Shown in pieces: positions 1-9,464 of a DNA stretch of 64,000 nucleotides. How positions within the stretch are numbered: the stretch's first letter is position 1; every line of letters starts with the position of its first letter. The position numbers and the translations under genes were made by a program. Origin of the DNA: Minisyncoccota bacterium (GTDB lineage: Bacteria; Verrucomicrobiota; Verrucomicrobiia; Limisphaerales; UBA8199); the NCBI GenBank assembly GCA_035452965.1, contig DAOTCE010000006.1, positions 39,404 through 103,403 of the forward strand. The letters are read 5' to 3'. The notes beneath the pieces are model-generated. The model searched no databases. It was not told where the DNA came from and saw nothing but the letters and a program-made list of their open reading frames with translations.

Positions 1-180
1 TGTCGGCCTGCGAGAAGCGGCGTGGCGCTTCGCTTCCCGCCGCACTCCAAATGGGCCGTTAGACGGCGTCAATCCAGGCGACAACGGCTTTGTGCCAGTG
101 CCTGATCCGGTCCTGGATCAGTGTGATCAGGTTTCTGATGATTCTCCCTCGAGAGCTGCCCGTGCGCAGAACTTGGGGGA

Positions 181-864
181 TCATCGGCGGCGCAGCCTGT
201 TGTTCCGGGCACGGGCCAGGAGCACCATGGCTCCGCCCACCAGGCCTAATGCCAGGCTGCCTGGCTCCGGGATGACCGCCGTGATCTCCACCGTCCAGCT
301 CGCCAGCGTGCTCTCGAAGTTGCCGGACAGGTCGGAGAAGAAGATGGTCCACTCTCCGTTGGGATGCTCGTTAAGGGCGTCGAGGAACCCTCCGTTCAGA
401 GTGACGGTGCCATGATCCGGTTGATAAGCCAGGCCGGCCTGGGGAATCTGGACCAGGTGAACGGGGCCGTTGGCGGCCTGGTCATCGAGTTTGACGTTGG
501 GGAAGCCCGCTGTGTCGAACCCGAATGTGTATTGCGGCTCACCGGCGTCCGGAGGGTTGCCCGAGCCCACGCGATTCAGCAAAGGGACGGGTGTGGGCGC
601 ATAGTCGTAGGACAGATGGGCGTAGAGGTCGCCGTTCCAACCGCCGGTAACGGTGAAGATGACGTTGACGTCGGTGAAGGTCCAGCCGATGCCGTGCTCG
701 CCCTCCCAGTCAATGAACTGCGTGAAGGTGACCCCGGTGGGGTTATCGTCCGGGATGATCGCCCCCGGGCTAGGCGTTTGGGTCCAGGTATCGGTCAGCT
801 CCTGGGCCTGCGAGGCGCCGAGCAGGCTTATCACGGCTGCGCTCAAAGCTATCAGTTGTTTCAT
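181..864 (-). CDS. PEP-CTERM sorting-domain secreted protein
   Basis: 227-aa ORF. Signal peptide MKQLIALSAAVISLLGASQAQE. C-terminus VIPEPGSLALGLVGGAMVLLARARNNRLRRR = PEP motif + TM helix + Arg-rich tail. GGAGGAG Shine-Dalgarno upstream of the ATG at 864. Confidence 0.85.
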   Translation of the reverse strand: MKQLIALSAAVISLLGASQAQELTDTWTQTPSPGAIIPDDNPTGVTFTQFIDWEGEHGIGWTFTDVNVIFTVTGGWNGDLYAHLSYDYAPTPVPLLNRVGSGNPPDAGEPQYTFGFDTAGFPNVKLDDQAANGPVHLVQIPQAGLAYQPDHGTVTLNGGFLDALNEHPNGEWTIFFSDLSGNFESTLASWTVEITAVIPEPGSLALGLVGGAMVLLARARNNRLRRR

Positions 865-890
865 TGTAAGATTCTCCTCCGGGCAATGCG

Positions 891-3551
891 CTACTGGCTG
901 TACTTAAGGCGGTAAAAAGCTGCGGACGGACGGCTGCCGAGGTCGCTGAAATCATCCTCGATGTGGAACTTGCCGCCCGGATTCATGGCGGGAGTGATAA
1001 ACCAGCTTCGGATCGCGCCTGAGAAGTCGGCCGCGGTGGCTCGCTGGACTTCGTAGGCGGCGCCCGGCACGCCCTGGAACTGGACCGTGACCGGGCCGGA
1101 AGGCGGCACCGCGGGTGTCTGTGACTGGCCGTACCAATCAGTGATGATGACCGAGATGCTCTTGCTGCGCTCGGCGCCGCGAGAGTCAACAACGGTGTAG
1201 TTGAACACGTCGTTATTGTTGTTGGCGGGATAGTAGAAGAGGTAACCCGGATGCGACGGGTAGCTGGCGATTCTGCCGCCGTTGGCCGAGGTGTGATCGA
1301 AGCTCTTCATCACCACCGTCTCGCCGTCGAGCGGATCAGGATTCGGGAACAGCTTGGAGACGGGGATCTTCCAGGTGGTGTTGGTGGAGCGAAGCACGAC
1401 AATGTTGGTAGCGAAGGGCACGTGGTGGACCCGGAGGATGCCGTTGGTTCGCAGCAGCTCTGTGTCCCAGACCAGGTCCGGGTCCCCGGCCACGGGCATG
1501 GCTGGGACAATCGCGGCGAACGGCGCGCCACTGTAACTCGAAGCGACGAAGAGGGGCCACTGGTCGTTGGCCTGGAGGGTTGCGCCCCGGTTGGTGACAT
1601 ACAGCGTGCCGCCCTGGGTCATCGTGCCGATGCCGCGGACCTGGTCGTGAGCGTAGGCCCGGTCTATGTCCACGCCGGTCATGCTGCCGGCCTCCAAGGT
1701 TACGTTGCCGTTGTTGAGGTCAGTGAGGGAGCCGTATTCCTGACCTGTAGCGAGCAGGCCCGGGGCCAGAAGGCCGCCGCTCTTGACGATCAGGTTGCCG
1801 CCCATGGTGCCCTTCCCGCGCAGTATGGCTCCGGCCTCCACCGTGGCATCGCCGGTGCCGATCGAGCCGTTATCCAGCGTCAGTGTGCCCGCCTTGACCG
1901 CCGTGATGCCGCTATAAGTGTTGTTGGGGCCAGTAAGCGTAAAGGTACCGGTGTCCTCCTTGGCCAGCGCAAGCGGCGAGGCGGCGCCGCTGGCATGGTC
2001 GCGGATAATACCCGCGAAGGTGTGGTCTCCCGCATTGTGCACCGTCAGCGTCGAGGTGCCGAGGGCGGTGGCCGGGGCCTCGGCGTTTTGAATGACCGCG
2101 AAACTTTCCGACGCGCTAACTCCCTCGATGGTCTCGTTGTAGCCGCCCAGGTTGAACTTGCCGCTGTTGCCGCTGGAAGGGCCGGCGATGGACACAACCG
2201 AGGAGTCGGCGATCTGATTGTGGCTCCAGAGTGAAAGCTGATCCGTGCCAACGCCATCGCCCAGGGTTACGTTCATCGGGATTGCGGTCACTCCGTTGGT
2301 CTTATCCAGCATGAGCTCTCCCGCCTCGATAATCGTCGCGGCCCCGGAATAGGTGTTGGGCAGCGGGCCCGCCAACCGCAAGAAGCCCGTGCCTTGCTTG
2401 ATAAGAGTTGAGCCGGCCCCCTGGATGACGCCCGCCATGATGGTGCCGGTGTTGTCCCGATTCACTCTCAAAGTACCGGCACCCCCCGTCCCGGCCCCGC
2501 GCATATCCACCACGCTGCCGATCTCGCCCGCCAACGATCCGATGGTCTCGGTGTAGCCGGCCACGTCGAAAAGCGTGCCGCTGGTCGTCAAGTAGACACG
2601 CTGGTCATCCGAGATGCGCTCGGAGCTGGTCCTGAGCCTCAAGGTGCCCTCGTGGATTTCAATCGTCTTGGTCCCGGTGGTCGTCCCGCTCAAGGCCAGG
2701 ATGCCAGGACCGGCTTTGACGAGGTCATTCGCGCCCATGGTGATGACTCCCTCGTAGACCGAAAGGACGCCGGCAGTCGCGATGTCTATGGTGCTCCAGC
2801 CGGTAATCGTAATGCCGCGATTCGCTCGGACGAGCGAGTTGCCTGAAGCGGTCTGCGTAGTCCGCAGCACGGCGTTGACGGTCATCATGATGTTATCGGC
2901 GTCGAAGCTGGCTGGATAAGCCCCGCAAGGACTGCCACCGCCGGAAGGCACATCGCCGTTGATCTCAAACGTTCCGTTCCAGATGTAGAGGCCGCCGCTG
3001 TAGGTGCCGGGCCCGGTGTAAACTACTTTGCCGCCTTGAGTGTACTCGCAAATGTAAAGCCGCTCGGTGCCGGCAATCGTGACTGTTGGGTTTATAGTGA
3101 GGGTGCGACCGGACGCAGCGCTGATATCAACGTGACTCGTGTTGCCCGAGGCCATGGTCAATGTCTGCGCGCCTGCGAGCGTAACATTCCCGCCCCCAAG
3201 GAGTCTAACCGACCGCGCGGTGATGCCCGCACCCATGGTGATGGTGCCGGCATTCCAAATCATCGCATCGTCCCGCGGGGTGCGGGTCGTGTTGTCCCAG
3301 GCGACTTCCGCCCCGGGCGCAGCTCCATTCCACCAGTTGACGGCGCTCGTATTCCACGTGCCGGTGCCGCCCAAGTTCGCGCCGGCGGTCGTGTTGCCGG
3401 TGACACTTGCGTCCGGGTCCCAATACCTGGCGTAACCCCACAAGTTCTGGTGAGCAGACAAAAGCAAGATGGCAAGCGCCGCAAGTCCCCAGCGCACTGG
3501 TTTGTTAGCGTGATCCATATTAAACAGAGATTGCACTACATGCCGTTTCAT
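891..3551 (-). CDS. autotransporter-associated beta-strand repeat (PATR) surface protein
   Basis: ORF 891-3584. Probable start is the ATG at 3551 (MKRHVV...WGLAALAILLLSA signal peptide); 3518 is also possible. Repeated units such as LIKQGTGFLRLAGPLPNTYSGAATIIEAGELML and EDTGTFTLTGPNNTYSGITAVKAGTLTL. Cadherin-like FNYTVVDSRG segment. C-terminal module ends AAFYRLKYSQ. Confidence 0.8.
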   Translation of the reverse strand: MKRHVVQSLFNMDHANKPVRWGLAALAILLLSAHQNLWGYARYWDPDASVTGNTTAGANLGGTGTWNTSAVNWWNGAAPGAEVAWDNTTRTPRDDAMIWNAGTITMGAGITARSVRLLGGGNVTLAGAQTLTMASGNTSHVDISAASGRTLTINPTVTIAGTERLYICEYTQGGKVVYTGPGTYSGGLYIWNGTFEINGDVPSGGGSPCGAYPASFDADNIMMTVNAVLRTTQTASGNSLVRANRGITITGWSTIDIATAGVLSVYEGVITMGANDLVKAGPGILALSGTTTGTKTIEIHEGTLRLRTSSERISDDQRVYLTTSGTLFDVAGYTETIGSLAGEIGSVVDMRGAGTGGAGTLRVNRDNTGTIMAGVIQGAGSTLIKQGTGFLRLAGPLPNTYSGAATIIEAGELMLDKTNGVTAIPMNVTLGDGVGTDQLSLWSHNQIADSSVVSIAGPSSGNSGKFNLGGYNETIEGVSASESFAVIQNAEAPATALGTSTLTVHNAGDHTFAGIIRDHASGAASPLALAKEDTGTFTLTGPNNTYSGITAVKAGTLTLDNGSIGTGDATVEAGAILRGKGTMGGNLIVKSGGLLAPGLLATGQEYGSLTDLNNGNVTLEAGSMTGVDIDRAYAHDQVRGIGTMTQGGTLYVTNRGATLQANDQWPLFVASSYSGAPFAAIVPAMPVAGDPDLVWDTELLRTNGILRVHHVPFATNIVVLRSTNTTWKIPVSKLFPNPDPLDGETVVMKSFDHTSANGGRIASYPSHPGYLFYYPANNNNDVFNYTVVDSRGAERSKSISVIITDWYGQSQTPAVPPSGPVTVQFQGVPGAAYEVQRATAADFSGAIRSWFITPAMNPGGKFHIEDDFSDLGSRPSAAFYRLKYSQ

Positions 3552-3955
3552 GGTCCTGGCCGACTGGCGCGAGCATTCCTGCAACTGGTGACCAATCTGT
3601 ATTCAAAGGTTGTTGCTGGCCTATCGCGCTACTCGGAAAGCCCATCTTATACACAAAGCCGGCTGGCAGAAGCAACCGAGGCGTTCACACGGCGGGTGGA
3701 AGTTATTCACAATCAAGAAAGCTGCCGCCGGGCCCGCGAAGAGTTGCCGCAAGTTTGAACGGGAAAGGGGAAGGTGGTGAAACGGGGCAAATCGTAAATC
3801 TTGTTATTTCAATATGTTCCAGGACCCGATGCCGATCGAAAGGCCCGCACGGCGTGCGCGCGCGGAGTTGAACTGGCACACAGCGGCGGCGGTCGAGGCA
3901 TCGGCAAGCGGGCTCGAACTAAGACACTGGCAACAAGTGGTGGTTGCAGTGGGCG

Positions 3956-6900
3956 CTATGGATTGTACTTCAGACGGTAATAGGCTTCCTTGCCTCCGAG
4001 TGTCTCTTCAAACAGGAACAACCCATCCGCGCCGGGGCCAGTCGTCGGCAAGTTCGTTGTCAGCAGATCGGTCACGGGATCGGGGAAATTGACAGTAGTG
4101 CCTCGCTGAACAGTGTAACTGCATCCAGGAATGCCCGCTAAGCGCACTGTCGCCTTGCCGCCCACAATCTGAATCGTCTGTGCCTGCCCTGTCGCCGAAA
4201 CGACGGGAACATTGACAGTGGCCTGCTTTGTGCAGGAGTAGGTATTGGCCGCGGTGTAGCTGAAACTGCCCGAGGTGAGCGCGTTCAGGTCCGTGGGCAG
4301 GAAGAAAACGTAGGTGGTATTCATGCTGATTGTCCCGCCCGTGGCGTTACCTACGCTCTGGATTGTGTTCGGGGCCGGGGTCAGGTCGGAGATCCTGATC
4401 TTGAGGCTGCTCCCCTGGAAGCGCTGGCGGTTGGCACTGGACACTTCGGGCAGCGCGTTGGCAGTAACCGAGTAATCGTAAGTGCCGTTGGCCACATTGG
4501 CCCCGTTATAGCCCTTGACGTGCAGATACCACGTGCCCGCTGCGGTCGGCGTGGTCTGGATCGTCCCGCTGGACCATTCGGTCTCGGACTCGTCCCAGGT
4601 GTGCGTCGCGCTTTGATCCCAAGCGTATTTGTACTTCTGTAACTTGCCAGCGCCAAAGCCTCCTACAGCCGTCCAATTCACACCACTGTCCACGCAAGCC
4701 GAGGAATTGTCGGGGGCCACGCTGCCCACCCCCGGCGGCACGGACAAAGTCCACCGGCTCTGCGGCGCAGATGCTGCCGTGTTGGGCGTCGGCACCGCCT
4801 GGTCGCTGACGCTGACCTTCAGGCCGGTGTATTCGGTGTTCGCCGTGAGGCCGTTCCAAGCATGCGTCGTACCTTTCCCGCCGCTGTCGCTCTGGCCGGC
4901 ACAACTGTAGTTGTAGCCCGTGGAAGCATTCACCCCCGAATGGGCGTCCGACCCGGCACCAGTCACTGTGATGCTGTCGGTTGTGACCGCGTTGATGGTC
5001 ATGCTGACAGGCGTCGGCGCGGCCGCGTCCACGCGGAATGGTGTACCCGTTGACCAGCCGAGGCCACCGTTGATGTTGTATGCGGTGGTCCCGCTGGATT
5101 CGCCCAGGCGGTAGTACGCCCAGGGGCTGTGAGCGAGGATGTGGTCCCTGTAGGCCGTCCCCGTGGTCCTGGCGCTGTAGTGGGCCTGAATCTCGGCCTG
5201 GGTGAGCGGCCGGTCATAGATGGCGAACTCGTCCATGTGGCCGGCATAATACGAGTCGCCCGACCAGTTGCTCCGGCCGATGTAGTTGACGGTGCGGCTT
5301 ACGACGTTGGGCATGACGGTCTTCCCAACGACCGCGAGAGCCGTTCCATCGCGATACATCGCCACGGTGCCGTCGCTGTTCAGCACGCAGACGTAATGAT
5401 GCCATGCGTTGTTGATGATGGCTCCGGCAGCGCGAGCCGAGCCGCCGGTGGCGGTGCCGTTATACACCTCGAACTGCAAGTCGCTACTTGTGCCGGAGCG
5501 AGCTATGAGGATGTTCTCGCTCGCCGGGCCGTTGCCGAAGTCTATGAACCGCTGCCAGGCGGCGGTGGACGTCGGATACGCCCAGAACTCAACGGTCATT
5601 CCGCTGCCGAAGCTGTCGCTAAAGGAGGGGATGACCCCGTGATCGTCAGTGCCATCGAAGCTTGCACAGGTGTCGCCCGTCACGCCGCCCGCCTGCCCCA
5701 GCGTCACGCCGCCGGTATAGGTCCCATTCCGGGAGGACTGCGAGAGGCCATCGAGCACCCCGACGCGGTAATACCACTGGCCGTCGCCGAGCGCCGAATC
5801 CGGCGCGCAGGATGTCCCCGATCCGGCCACGAACTGGCTGTCAAGCTGCGGTGAAGCGAAGTCCGAGGTGGGGGCCACTTGGACGCGGTAGTTGCTTTGG
5901 GGGTTCGAGTCGGTGTCGGAGTAGGTCCATTGGAGATCCGGGGTGTTGTCGGAACTCCATTCGTTTCCCGAGAAGCTGCTGTTTGACGCCGTCGGGTCGG
6001 TGTTTAGGACCTTGTATGAGCGGTACCCGGTCCCGCCGCCAGAGCCGCCGAAGCGGCGGTCATGGTTGTCGCTTTCTTGTGCGTTATCATTGACCACGCG
6101 GGCACAGGCGTAATATGTCTGCGGGTAATTGTGGGCTACGGTGTAATCCTGATACCAGCACAAATTGCCCGCATCCCAGCTCATGGCGCTGGCGCTGTAG
6201 AGGTCCCAGGTGCCGTGGACTGTGCCAAGCCAGATTCTTCCCGACAGGCCGTCACTAACGTGGTGGATGCGGAGCCAGTCCACATACACCGTCTGGCCAT
6301 TGGCGGCGCCCGTGCCCACCGGGTCAAGACGGACCTGGTAGACAGTCCCGCTCCAGGAAGCCGGCAGCGCCACCCGGTACACATGCCATTGCCCATCCGG
6401 GACGATGTTCCAATCAACGTGCCGGTCCCCGCTCCACCCTCCAACGCTGCTGGACCAGAACAACTGCGCGTCAGATCCTCCATTCGCCCACATTCGGATG
6501 GTCAGGTAGCGGCAAGTGCTGGCGTTGATGGCCAGGCCGCCCGAACTGTAGCAGTAAGGATCGGCGCCGGTAACGCTTATCGCCATCCGGTCGTTTGCAT
6601 CCTCCTGCGCAACGCTGCACGCGTTGCCGCCATACCATCCCTGAGCGGTGGCGCCGTCCCAGTCCCAGGAGTAGGAGCTGCCGGTGCCCCAACTGTCAGT
6701 GCCGGCAACGGAGAAACGAACCGTTTCGCCCTTCTTCTTGCCTCCGTTGTCCCAGCCGTCCGTCGCCCCCGGGGCCTTTCGGCTGTTACGTGTCCAGGTC
6801 CGCATGTTGCCGTTACTGGTGGGCTTGTCACCAAACCAGGAGACGTTTTCGCGGACCATCTGAAAGTCCTCGTTGTAATCGCCTGTCACCGTGGGGCGCA

Positions 6901-7612
6901 TGTTGAAGTAAAGGTCCATCGTGCCCCCTGGGCCCGTGCCGGGCGAATTGTTGACACGGTTACTGCTGTACCAGCCGGGGCCCGAAGTAACGCCCCCCGT
7001 GTGCGCAAACCGATCGTTGCCGCTCCAAGTCCAGTACGCCTGCGACGGATTGCTCATTAGGTAGCGCCATTGGTACACATTCCCGAGGTACATGTAGCTC
7101 TCCGTGGACTTGCCCGCATAAACGGCGTCCAGTTCCGGGAAAAACCTGCCCATGTTGGCGATGGTATCCATGCCGCCGCCGCCGTCCGACCCGATTTCCA
7201 GCCAGTCGTCCCAGTTGTAGCTTGGAAAGGTACCGACCGTGTGTTCGGCATTGCCGGACCCAGCCTGATTCACGGCGGCGTTACCAGAGTAGCTACCCTC
7301 ATAATTGGCCCAGTGATCTGCGCTGGTATCGCCATTGGCTCGTCTGGTAAAGCCGTGCCTGTAGGTGAGGTACATGTCACGGCCGGAAATGCATCCTCCG
7401 GTATACCAACGAATGCGGTCGGTCCCACTATTTCCCCACCCAAGGTGGAAATTTCCGCAATAAGCCTGGCCGGCGTAGTAGCTCCATGCTCCGGCACTCC
7501 CGGAACGACTGCATGAATCGTACGGCCAGCCCGCATAGGCGAGCGGCGTGGAATTAGCCAGGAATCCCGCTGCGACCAGAACTCCTATTACCGTTTGTTC
7601 AAACTGGCTCAT
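3956..7612 (-). CDS. giant secreted LamG (concanavalin A-like lectin) / FN3-repeat protein
   Basis: ORF 3956-7666. The ATG at 7612 has a GGAGGA Shine-Dalgarno 9 nt upstream and gives signal peptide MSQFEQTVIGVLVAAGFLANSTPLAYA. LamG block FIDFGNGPASENILIARSG...NNAWHHYVCVLNSDGTVAMYRDG...YAGHMDEFAIYDRPLTQAEIQAHY. FN3-like segments. C-terminal module ends EAYYRLKYNP. Confidence 0.8.
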   Translation of the reverse strand: MSQFEQTVIGVLVAAGFLANSTPLAYAGWPYDSCSRSGSAGAWSYYAGQAYCGNFHLGWGNSGTDRIRWYTGGCISGRDMYLTYRHGFTRRANGDTSADHWANYEGSYSGNAAVNQAGSGNAEHTVGTFPSYNWDDWLEIGSDGGGGMDTIANMGRFFPELDAVYAGKSTESYMYLGNVYQWRYLMSNPSQAYWTWSGNDRFAHTGGVTSGPGWYSSNRVNNSPGTGPGGTMDLYFNMRPTVTGDYNEDFQMVRENVSWFGDKPTSNGNMRTWTRNSRKAPGATDGWDNGGKKKGETVRFSVAGTDSWGTGSSYSWDWDGATAQGWYGGNACSVAQEDANDRMAISVTGADPYCYSSGGLAINASTCRYLTIRMWANGGSDAQLFWSSSVGGWSGDRHVDWNIVPDGQWHVYRVALPASWSGTVYQVRLDPVGTGAANGQTVYVDWLRIHHVSDGLSGRIWLGTVHGTWDLYSASAMSWDAGNLCWYQDYTVAHNYPQTYYACARVVNDNAQESDNHDRRFGGSGGGTGYRSYKVLNTDPTASNSSFSGNEWSSDNTPDLQWTYSDTDSNPQSNYRVQVAPTSDFASPQLDSQFVAGSGTSCAPDSALGDGQWYYRVGVLDGLSQSSRNGTYTGGVTLGQAGGVTGDTCASFDGTDDHGVIPSFSDSFGSGMTVEFWAYPTSTAAWQRFIDFGNGPASENILIARSGTSSDLQFEVYNGTATGGSARAAGAIINNAWHHYVCVLNSDGTVAMYRDGTALAVVGKTVMPNVVSRTVNYIGRSNWSGDSYYAGHMDEFAIYDRPLTQAEIQAHYSARTTGTAYRDHILAHSPWAYYRLGESSGTTAYNINGGLGWSTGTPFRVDAAAPTPVSMTINAVTTDSITVTGAGSDAHSGVNASTGYNYSCAGQSDSGGKGTTHAWNGLTANTEYTGLKVSVSDQAVPTPNTAASAPQSRWTLSVPPGVGSVAPDNSSACVDSGVNWTAVGGFGAGKLQKYKYAWDQSATHTWDESETEWSSGTIQTTPTAAGTWYLHVKGYNGANVANGTYDYSVTANALPEVSSANRQRFQGSSLKIRISDLTPAPNTIQSVGNATGGTISMNTTYVFFLPTDLNALTSGSFSYTAANTYSCTKQATVNVPVVSATGQAQTIQIVGGKATVRLAGIPGCSYTVQRGTTVNFPDPVTDLLTTNLPTTGPGADGLFLFEETLGGKEAYYRLKYNP

Positions 7613-7681
7613 ACTCTTGGTCCTCCATCCGGAGCTTAGAACACTACAATAGACTTGTCGTGACATACTCTGACTCCTTCC

Positions 7682-9103
7682 TCATTTTGCTGGCGGTGCG
7701 GATTCGGCCGCCGCCGGCGGCAGAACATAAAAAGGCATTGTGACCGGCTCGGTGCGTTTTCCATCCGGCAGCAGGATCGAGAAGGCAACCAGCGCCTGCC
7801 CGACGGGAAACTCCTTGCCCACGGCCAATCGCCCCGAGTAAACGCCGTCACCCCCGGCTTCGTCTCCATGCTCGACGACGTCGCCAACGTCGTAGAGCGT
7901 CACGGCCCGCTCGCCACTCAGCGCCGCCTCGACGGCCGCCGCTACCGGCTCCATCGCCGGGTCCTTCCGGCTATTGCCGGCCACGCTGTTCCCTTGGCCG
8001 TTGCCGCCGCCATGAGTGTAAGCGGCGTAGATCACTGTGTTCGGCGCTCCGTTGGTCACAGGCATATTGTTTGCCGAGACCGGAGATGGCGTGCTGAGCG
8101 GCTGCTGCGGCACCAAGCCGTTCAGCGATACCACCGCTGCCTTCAGAACGCCATTTGTCCCTGGCAATTGGGTTGTCCTCTCGGCCTTGCCGACCGTCTG
8201 GCCGGGCTTGACCAGGTTCTCGGCCGCCACATGGAAGACCATCCGCACGCCTTCCCGATCCGTATAGCCCTCATGCCAACAGTCCATAATGGCCGGGCCC
8301 TCGCTCTGGCCCTTACCCGTCGTGAACTGCCATGAAGCCTCGCGCTCGCTCGCGAGGCCCGACATTGCCCTCACTCCCGCCTCCACCCGGACCTCGTACG
8401 TCCGGTGCGGGTTCAACGGCACATCCGGCCGGAACACCACGCGCCGGCCCTGGATGCTGATCTTCCCCGGGAGCGGGCTGCCGCCGGACGCGGGCACAAC
8501 CCAAACGCTCTCCGCGGAGAGTGACGCAGGGTCCACTTCGGTGGTGAAGGCCATGGTGATCGGCGCGTTGATAGGTACCCGCTCATCATTGTGCCGCGGG
8601 TAGCGGGCAAAGACCTTCACCGGTGTCCCCGGCTGGCCGATTCGGGACACCGTGGCAAACCGCCAACTGAAAGTGTCCCCCAGCGCATTGCCCTTGGTGT
8701 CCCTGATGCTCGCAGCCAGATTAATCTGATACACCGTGTTCGCCTTCATTCGGAACAGCACGACCGCCGAATCCTCCTCTGGGAAGGCCACTCCCCCATT
8801 CTCCATCTCGCCCAGCGGATGACCGTTAACCTGAACCGACTGCGTATTAATCGAGGAGCGGTCCACCGGGCTGCTGAACTTGACGATGATATTCTCCTCT
8901 ACTGGCACAACTGCCGCTCCGTCTGCCGGCGAGGTGGACACGACCGAGAAGCCATCCTGTTGAGCCTGAACGGTCGCCGCGAACAGCACTGCCCATGCTC
9001 CCAACATTGCCAAGGCCACAGATCGGCCGGTACCCCGGGCGCAGGCTGCTGATTGACCTTTGGAACACGCGCCATTTCTCAAGCCTGTAATCGGGTGTTT
9101 CAT
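7682..9103 (-). CDS. secreted Ig-like (SbsA-type) domain protein
   Basis: ORF 7682-9244. Start placed at ATG 9103, giving MKHPITG...VALAMLGAWAVLFAATVQAQQ as signal peptide. Repeated Ig-like modules (VVSTSPADGAAVVPVEENIIVKFSSPVDRSSINTQSVQV; FARYPRHNDERVPINAPITMAFTTEVDPASLSAESVWV). Confidence 0.7.
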   Translation of the reverse strand: MKHPITGLRNGACSKGQSAACARGTGRSVALAMLGAWAVLFAATVQAQQDGFSVVSTSPADGAAVVPVEENIIVKFSSPVDRSSINTQSVQVNGHPLGEMENGGVAFPEEDSAVVLFRMKANTVYQINLAASIRDTKGNALGDTFSWRFATVSRIGQPGTPVKVFARYPRHNDERVPINAPITMAFTTEVDPASLSAESVWVVPASGGSPLPGKISIQGRRVVFRPDVPLNPHRTYEVRVEAGVRAMSGLASEREASWQFTTGKGQSEGPAIMDCWHEGYTDREGVRMVFHVAAENLVKPGQTVGKAERTTQLPGTNGVLKAAVVSLNGLVPQQPLSTPSPVSANNMPVTNGAPNTVIYAAYTHGGGNGQGNSVAGNSRKDPAMEPVAAAVEAALSGERAVTLYDVGDVVEHGDEAGGDGVYSGRLAVGKEFPVGQALVAFSILLPDGKRTEPVTMPFYVLPPAAAESAPPAK

Positions 9104-9464
9104 ACACTTGACTTTTGTTGCGAGTTTCACAGGCTGCTGCGTTCTGTCGCAAATCTGCCCCGCGCACATCATCGAGTCGCTCAAGATCTGCCAAGTCAGG
9201 AGCGTTCTGTTTTCCGTCGCCAGCACGCCTGCAGGGTGTGCCAAAGCCTAGCCCATCGTCAAGAAAAACCTGAGCTGCCAAGGCCCGTCGGACTCAGGGA
9301 CATCCAACCAAAGTGGAGCGCGGTTTGTGGGAAGCAGGGAACGCGTGTTCAAATCCACATGCGCGCCTGGAGCTATTCACCTTCAAGCGCCTGTGAGCTT
9401 GCTTGAAACCTCTCCTTATCCCAAACCACGGGCCACCTGCGTCAAACCTGTATTGCCCAGGGGC

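Noticed and set aside
1-55. GGCGTGGCGCTTCGCTTCCCGCCGCACTCCAAA at the window edge, reminiscent (from memory) of short repeats widespread in PVC and Acidobacteria genomes
   Set aside because: It is a single, possibly incomplete copy at the boundary. It cannot be shown to be repeated within this window.
9316-9370. tRNA-like GTTCAAATCC motif in the purD / Ig-like intergenic region
   Set aside because: The flanks do not form a 5-bp T-stem with a 7-nt loop. No acceptor stem partner or anticodon arm lies within ~75 nt. At most it is a chance match or a tiny tRNA 3' remnant.
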